DNA of 64,000 nucleotides from the human T2T-CHM13v2.0 reference genome, Homo sapiens: NCBI RefSeq assembly GCF_009914755.1, contig NC_060930.1. One strand, given 5' to 3'. The notes under the pieces are model-generated. The model had not been told where the DNA came from. It was given only the letters and a program-made list of their open reading frames with translations, and made no database searches. Position 1 is the stretch's first letter; each line of letters begins with the position of its first letter. Shown piece after piece: positions 55,681-64,000 of this stretch. A program made the position numbers and the translations under genes.

Positions 55681-56654
55681 TTTACCTTGAGCAATGGAAG
55701 CTTTAAAAAAGATTTAAATTGCTTTAAAATATTTTGAGCATTTCTGTGAATTAAAATATTTTGATGCATTTCCATATCTTAAATAAAGGCATTTAAAAAT
55801 TGCAGGTAATTAGCTTTTTATGCAGATTAATCACTTTGAAACATACTGTGGTTCCCCGAGGCTCAATTTTACACTGAGATAAAGGACTTAGATCCACCTA
55901 TGCTACTTGAAAACGAAGACATTTAAGATAAAAAATGCCACAGTTAAAGTCTAAAAATTGCCTCAACATTTCACCAAATGGCAATTCTGTAATGTCAATT
56001 TCACATTCTTAAAAGCTTGGATATATTTTATAGAAGTACTCATTCCTTAAGAGCTATCTGAAAATAATTAGAGATACACACGATAGAGAATTATTTGAGA
56101 CAGCTTCTCCACAAACTCAGCTCCAGCTGTCAAAAGCAAAGTCATATGTGCTGTTTTCAAATGCCAGATTAATGATTCTTCCACAGAAACAGGGAAACAA
56201 TTGACTGGCAAATTATTAACTGAAAATATGTATCTCTGGTTTGGGATAATTAATCGTGTCTGAGAACAACTTGCTTCCCTTATCTTATACATGTGGGAAT
56301 GGTGGCCTCAGCCCTTCAGGGAACATGATATGGAGACTTGGCTAAAACTGACCACAGATACAGAACCATTCAAAGTCACACAGTAGGTCTCTTACTGTCT
56401 GAGCATACCAGCTAAGCTCTGCTGTCCAATTTGTCTATGGCTTCCTGTTCCTGAGCTTCAGTATGGAGAGACTTCAGCTACTTCCATGTGTGCCTCTATG
56501 GCTCCCACTGCAGCTATAATTAATTTGTCATCTTTTCATTCTTCCTCTACCTTATGGCTTACAGATATACTGGCTTATGTCTATCATATCTATAACAGTA
56601 TATATTAGGCAGAGCCCTCTTGCCAGGTCACCAAATAAGTCACTGACATTGAAC

Positions 56655-57975
56655 CACTGGTATATGGCCAGTTGATTTTTGACAAAACTGCAAAGGCAAT
56701 TCAACGATAAATGAAGAGTGTTTTCAACAAATGTTGTTGGAACAATTAGACATTCATATGTGAAAATAAATTAAAAACCTTCAAACTTAACTTCACCCTT
56801 TACTCAAAAACTAACTCCAAATGAATCATTGGATTAAATGTAGAGTGCAAAACTATAGAACTTTCCAAATAAAACGTAAGAGAAAATCTTGTGAACTGGA
56901 GTGTAGGCAAAGGGTTCAAGGACATGACCTCAAAAGTACAATCCATTTAAAAAATTATGAATTGAACTTCATCAAAATTCAAAACATTTGCTATGTGAAA
57001 GACAATATTAAGAAAATAAAAAGATAAACTTCAGACAGAAAGCATTTGCAAAAAAGTATCTGTATCCAGAATGGATAAGAACTCTCAAAATTCAACAATG
57101 AAAAACAAATAAATAAACCATTCAATTAAAATAATGGGCATAAGACTTGAACCGATACTTTACTAAAGAGGATATATGGCAAATAAGTACATTAGTCATT
57201 AAAGAAATCTAAATTGAAATCATGAGATGCCACTACACACAAATTAGGACTTTTAAAAGACTGACAATACTAAGTGCTGATAAGGATGCAGAGCAACTGA
57301 AACTCCCATCTGCTGGTGAAAATGTAAAATGATACAGTCACTTTGTAAAACAGGCAGTTTCTAAAAAGTTAAATATACACATACAATACAATCCAGCAAT
57401 CACACTCGTAGGTATGTATTCTGAATAAGTAAATACTATATTCACACAAAAACTTGCCTATGCGCATGTATAGCAACTCTTCATAATTGCCAAAAATTGA
57501 AGCAATGTAAATGTCCTTGAGTTAAGGAACAGATAAACTGTGGTACATCCATATAAAGGGGTACCACTCAACAATGACGGGGTACGAACTGTTGATATGC
57601 ACAATTACTTGTATGACTCTCAGTGGTACTATGTTGAGTGAAAGAAGCCAATCTCAACCAGTATGCATACAGGTTGCATACTGTATGACAATTTAAAAAG
57701 TCAAAACTGTAATGACAACTATGCCAATTTTGAAGATAAAACTACGGTGATGACAAACAGATCAGTGAGTGCCAGGGATTAGGATGGGTGGAGGGAAGGA
57801 GGTGCCTGTAAAACACAGCACACAGTTTTCTTGAAGGGTTGGGGAGTGGCAATGAAATGTTTCTTTATTCTTACTGTGGTGGTGATTACGCAAATCTGTA
57901 TTTGTACGCAGAACTGAATACTCTTTAAAAAAGTCAATTTTACTGTATTTTAATTTAAAAAATGCAATAAATAAA
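56655..57975 (+). mobile_element. Old L1M (L1MC/MD-like) 3' region
   Basis: ttgatttttgacaaaactgcaaaggcaattcaa...ttttcaacaaatgttgttggaacaatt...atgttgagtgaaagaagcca. Confidence 0.88.
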
Positions 57976-58439
57976 ATGCCTACTTGACTGCTTTCCATAG
58001 AAAAGAGTTCTGATCCTACTTGGTATTCAGAGCTATATTCATTTATTCATTCTGCAAATGTTTACTGAGAAGCTATGATTTGGGACATCATACATTTATG
58101 TATCTTGTAGAACCTGGGATACATAAATAAGCCAAACAAAGACTACTGTCCTGCAATTGTAATCTCTCTAAGAATAATTTTTTAAGACTTAAACCAGTAA
58201 GTGGAAGTGGGAATAGATAGAGCTGGTGCCTTCAGAAGCAGCTCTAGGCAACTGTCTTTTCATTTTTATCCTGGTAATCTGAAGCAAAGTGAGGTTCACA
58301 GACCAGTGCCATAGGCATCACATGGGACCTACAGAATTAATGCCCACCTCAAACTTGATGAATTAGAATTTTCCATTTAGCAAGATCTCTGGGTGATTTC
58401 TATGCACATCAGGTCTGATTAGTGCTGCAACAGTTTATC

Positions 58440-59220
58440 TTACTGATGTAACCACTCTCTTCCCTCTTGAGACTTAAACCTCCACAATGTCTGACCTCCT
58501 AGTTCTGCTTTTTCAGAGTGTTCTTTTGCAATTTCCTGCATCTTTTCTTTTACCTGTCCCTTCAATTAAGAATGTCCTACTCTTAGGTCTACTCTTTTCT
58601 TCCTTGGTAAACTCATTCATTCCTGTGGCTTTAGCCTGAATATTAGGATGGCACCCATATGTTACTTCTGAGCTTTAAATTCATCTTTTCAACTCCAAGC
58701 AAGTCATTGTCTTCTTAATTTCCCCTAACATCTTAAATTCAGTTTGTCCAAAAGTAACTGGTTAACTTTTATCTGATACCTGCTCCTTTGGGTTTCTTAT
58801 CTCCAATAAGGGCAACGCTATTTTCCTGGAAACCTGGGATACAAATAGTCTTGCCTACAAGCTTCACATCTTTGCTTATGACACAGCTCTTCACTTTCCA
58901 AGTCCTGTTAATGCAATTTTATCACGTCTCTAGAGTGCATCCCACAGCAGTGTTCTACCTCAGGTCCTTACCATCTCTTCTCCAAGCTAATGTAATGTCC
59001 TTCTTACTGGATTTTGTGCCCTAAAATGATCCTTGCCCAAATCCATCCCAATTTGTATACTGGAACCCAGTGGTTCCTTATAGTTCCTCAAATACACCTT
59101 ATACTATGTGACTTCTTAACTTAGCTGGTGGTTTTCCTTTTACCCCCAGATAATTCCCGACTATGCTTGCCTTTTGAACTCTAAATTATCCTTCTAGCCC
59201 CAGAACAAGATTGTGAAACT
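58440..59220 (+). mobile_element. L2 fragment, degenerate
   Basis: Pyrimidine-rich with L2-like motifs (ctcattcattcctgtggcttta, catcttaaattcagtttgtccaaa, caagtcctgt). Confidence 0.55.
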
Positions 59221-59438
59221 AACACATATGTCCCCAGATCACATCAGTACAGGATTAAAAACGGGGTCATATTAAAAGTTCAGACCAATTTCAATTGACT
59301 TCAAAAGCCCAGTCATTTATTTCCAGGAGTCCACCTGCATGCTCACATGAGCCCATGAACCACTAATTTCCATCCATATATGCTTCCCTGCAGTGGCTCC
59401 ATAACACCCTGAATTACAACGTTGCCACACACAGAACA

Positions 59439-59775
59439 CAGTAGAGCCGTTCCCTCTTATTCATGGTGGATAAGTTCCAGGATCCCCATTGGATATCTGA
59501 AACTTCACATAGTACCAAACTCTGTCTACACTAAACTTTTTCCTATCCATACATACCCATGATAAAGTTTAATTTATAAATTAGTCACAGTAAGAAATTA
59601 ACAACCATAACTAATAATAAAATACAACAATTTTAACAGTATGTTGTAATAAAAGTTATGTGAATATGGTCTCTTTCTCAAAATATCTTACTGTACTATA
59701 CTATTTTTGGACCACAGTTGACCACAGGTAACTGAAACTTCGGAAATCGAAAGCTTGGGTAAGGGAAGACCACTG
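59439..59775 (-). mobile_element. MER44A-like (Tigger family) DNA transposon relic
   Basis: ~337 bp; gataaagtttaatttataaattag...ggaccacagttgaccacaggtaactgaaac...gaccactg followed by TA. Confidence 0.8.
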
Positions 59776-62051
59776 TATTTGTATATAGCACGCCTAACTG
59801 TCTCAGAGGAGAGTATATACTATAATATACAGTTCTGTGTCTGACAGAATTTCAATGAAATGGTTCTCTTTTAGCAGTTTGGGGAGTGTTTCCAAGCACT
59901 CCTCCCTCTCCCTGGGAATTCCACTGTGAGATGACTGGGCTAAAGAACAACGTGATTCCTGGACATCATACATTTCCCACAATCGCCCCTCTCACCTAAC
60001 AACTGAATCTCTATTTAGCCAACTGCATCTGCTTCAATTCTTCTCCACGTTTGAATTCTCTCTGAGAAGGCTTGCAGGCCCCTTATGTAAATAGAGTGCT
60101 GGTGGGCCTTCTCGTCATCTCTTGGATATGTGGACACTTGCATATCTCACGGTGGAGCAGGCGTGGGCTCAAGTAAGCCCTCGAAGGCCAAGGACTGGGT
60201 GTTGCTTTGATTTAGAATTCCATAGCATTTGGTAGCATGATTCGTTCTCGTGATTGCACAACAAAATTCTGAATTGAATTCAGCATCACGAAACAGATAT
60301 AGATCCTGCCAGAGAACACTGCTCATGCAATGCAGGCACATTCAAAACAAAATTATCAAGTGTGTGAAATATTAGCCTAGACTGACTCCTGAAAAGTAAA
60401 ACAACCTAAAAGATGGCGATAATCCAAAAGTTATATCATGAGTCTCTTCTTCTGGCCTTTCATAAGTATTTTCTGGCCTCTGACATCCACCTATTTGCAA
60501 GGCTGACCACCACTTAAAACATCAACCACAGGATTAAGTCTGGAATCCTGCAGTATGTGTATGTGAGTGCACATGAGTGTGCTTGTGTGTGCACACACAT
60601 ATGTGCCTGCAAATGAGCACTAAAGTCACTGTTTCATGACCCTAGGACAGTAGTTGACTCAACAGATTACATATGGAGCCTATCAACGTGGACAGCTTGT
60701 GAAAGATCATAAACGTATTTTTCATACAGAAACGCTGCAGCCATAAACACACCACGTGGTCACCCCTTCCCTAAGCTTCACTCCTTTAATTGTAAATAGC
60801 CAGAAAGTCATCAAGCCAGAGTTTAATAAACTTTAAATTTGAAATGAATTACCACATGTTGTGTTTGTTTACCCATTATTAAATCTCTTAGCAACATATT
60901 AGTGGCAGAAACAGCACACTGTATCACAGCCCTGATATATTAGAAAACAAACCCATGGGGGACATCAACTGCTAATAATATGCTTCCAAGAAAAATAAAT
61001 AAATATAAGCAATAGTAAAGGCATGTATTTGAAGAGATTTTTGTGTTCCGTTTGTCTATAAATTTGTTTAGAATAAGAGCAGAAGATGCCTCTGCAGTCT
61101 CTGAATGTGAGGCTTGAATAAGTCTCCACGCTCAGAGCAGAGCAAATGATTAATCTTTTTTTTTCTAAAGCATTTTCCTAAACAGAAAACATTCTTCCTC
61201 TCGTGATATACAGTATTCTCGGATTGAACATGCTGGTATTCATGTTTTCTAGAGTGCTACCTGTCCTCCTTTTAGGGGAACTAGGGGCAGCATTCTAGAA
61301 GTCAAGTTTATAGCTCAGTGCAGTAGGTGTGGAAAATATAGCCTACATTACCCTGAGGAAAAACTAGAAAGCCAAAATGGTCTAGGAGTAATTGGCTGTC
61401 ATCTTCTGCTCAGTATCCTAACACTAGGTTAAAACGTCAATAATACTGACAGTTTATTAGTTAAGTCAAACTCACTTTCCCAAAAGTTAAAAATTCTAAA
61501 GTAAGAATATTTAGCTCCATATTTAATCCAAAATCACTGGGAAAGAAAAAGAAAAAAAACCCTGCTTTGCAAATACATGTATTTTACAGTGTCTCATGTG
61601 GCGGCTTTACAGTTGACTTTTGAACTTGATATTTAAGCAAAAAAAAATCTGTGGTTTTCTGGGGTTTTATCTAATGAAATCATAATCATTCCTTTTGTAT
61701 TTTGTGAATTATTAATTTTATCTTAGGAAGATTATCTTCAACCATCAGCAAGGGCTTCGTCCCTTCCTTCCCTTTCTGTGCCTTAGCTTCCCAGGTTACA
61801 CAGATGATATGCTAATGTTAAAGTAATTTGTTTTCACAGAACAAGGGCATCGCAGGCCCTCAGGTTGGAAGGCCTGACTAATCTAATTCCACACACAGGA
61901 ATGGTATAAAAGTGATTCTCCTGCAGAGACAACTGAATGAGAATTACCCACAGTGTCCACGAACATCCTCCACATAACTGCCCCACAAAGGAATTCGGAA
62001 TGAGGCTAAATCTGACAGTGGCTGGTCTGTGCTTTGGGAACCCATCCCCCC

Positions 62052-62297
62052 TTTTATTGAGACAGGGTCTCACTTTGTCACCCCGACTGGAGTGCAGTGA
62101 TGTCATCTCAGCTCACTGCAGCCTCGACTTCCTGGGTTCAGGCAATCCTCCTGACTCAGCCCAAGTAGCTGGGACTACAGGCGTGCACCACCAAACCTGG
62201 TAAATTTTTGTATTTTTTGTAGAGATGGGGCTTTGCCATGTTGCCCAGGCTGGTCTTGAACTCCTGGGCTCCAGTGATCTGCCCACCTCGGCCTCCC
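62052..62297 (-). mobile_element. AluJ, 5'-truncated
   Basis: J diagnostics (gagacagggtctcact, gcagcctcgacttcctggg, gaactcctgggctc). Confidence 0.9.
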
Positions 62298-62457
62298 GAG
62301 GGGCCCCTTTTATGACACTCTCTGCTCTTTTTCAGACTTCCAGGGCCTTAGGCTTATTTTATGCTCCACCTCTTACCTTCCTTTTATCCACACTAAGTAG
62401 ACTGACACACTCATTGATACGTACCTTGGATATTTGTATTTAAAATTTAAAAATTAA

Positions 62458-62794
<337 letters not shown>

Positions 62795-63552
62795 AAATGC
62801 TTAAAGCCAGCTTCAAGTTGTGTATTTTGAGGATCACTAGCTCCACACTTTACCCACCAAAACCAGACCATGTTGTCAGTTATTTCTTACCTTCTCTGGC
62901 CGCAAATCCTAGTTCTAACATGTGGGAAACAATACACTTTGGTCAAGTTGCTTTATAACTGTGATGCTTGTTACATAGCTTCAGCATATATTTGATTTCT
63001 AATTTATCTTTAGAAATATTTGTTTAAAGCCAGTGACATAATTTGATATATATGTATTCTGTGTATAAAACTTCAACATATCTCCAGGTAGGCATCACTC
63101 TATAAACTGATATTTAGTTGTCTGGAGGTTGAGGTGGTGGTACCTCAGTTGTGATATGGTATTGGCTTACTCACAAGAAAGCAGGTCAGGTGTGAATACG
63201 GAAGCCCAGGCCTCATAGTAGACCTGCCCTTAGGAAAGCAGGGGTTACCAATACTTGAGCCTGGCAGAGAGTTGTACTTGGTCCAAGAAGGCATAATCTC
63301 TAAGGGACTTGGAGAACCCTAGTAACAACTTGAGAAATATTTATCACTCTCTATGAAGCTGATAGGCAGAAGAAGACAGGAAGACAGATGCCACCTGGGA
63401 GGTAGAATCGTGTAGGCATTGTGTCTGGCCATTATGACTCCATGTAGGGATCTGTCATTCTTCTCCTGAAACATTGCCGTTTCCCTGATCTGTGTTCTCA
63501 ACTCAACACGCCTATCCCTCTACACATTCCTTCTGGTTAAACTCAACCACTT

Positions 63553-63864
<312 letters not shown>

Positions 63865-64000
63865 ACTCAACCACTTAGCAGTTTCAGCTACAGTCTCTGT
63901 GTTCACATGGGCCTAAGGAACATGTACTCCCTCCCCCTTCTCCATCTCCCTCCTGAGCTTCACAACCATTTCCCAATGATCTCTTGAACTTTTTTTTTTC

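Overview
Primate, most likely human, genomic DNA. It is AT-rich and dense in Alu, L1, L2/MIR, MaLR/ERV1 solo LTRs and DNA-transposon relics. No prokaryotic features, CRISPR array, tRNA or rRNA are present. The only well-supported gene content is two minus-strand, phase-compatible spliced exons (34557-34475 and 27723-27599) that the ORF track misses. Joined, they encode xSIPKKIGPCSMDYDPNLLEEDDELHSQ|GDSLTDHSVKGKSTVWRIGEAEDYSQDISYLEELEEHRFSV. I recognise this from memory as OFCC1 (MRDS1, ojoplano orthologue, 6p24.3), so the window is probably almost entirely OFCC1 intron. The most unusual structures are a 102-bp, 98%-identical inverted duplication (38693-39070), a second older fold-back (46113-46461), a MADE1 hairpin with compensatory changes, a ~307-bp GAA/GAG purine tract, and a ~100-bp direct duplication bracketing one exon. 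I found no convincing evidence of a new multi-gene system. Repeat subfamily names come from visual recognition and should be confirmed with RepeatMasker/Dfam.
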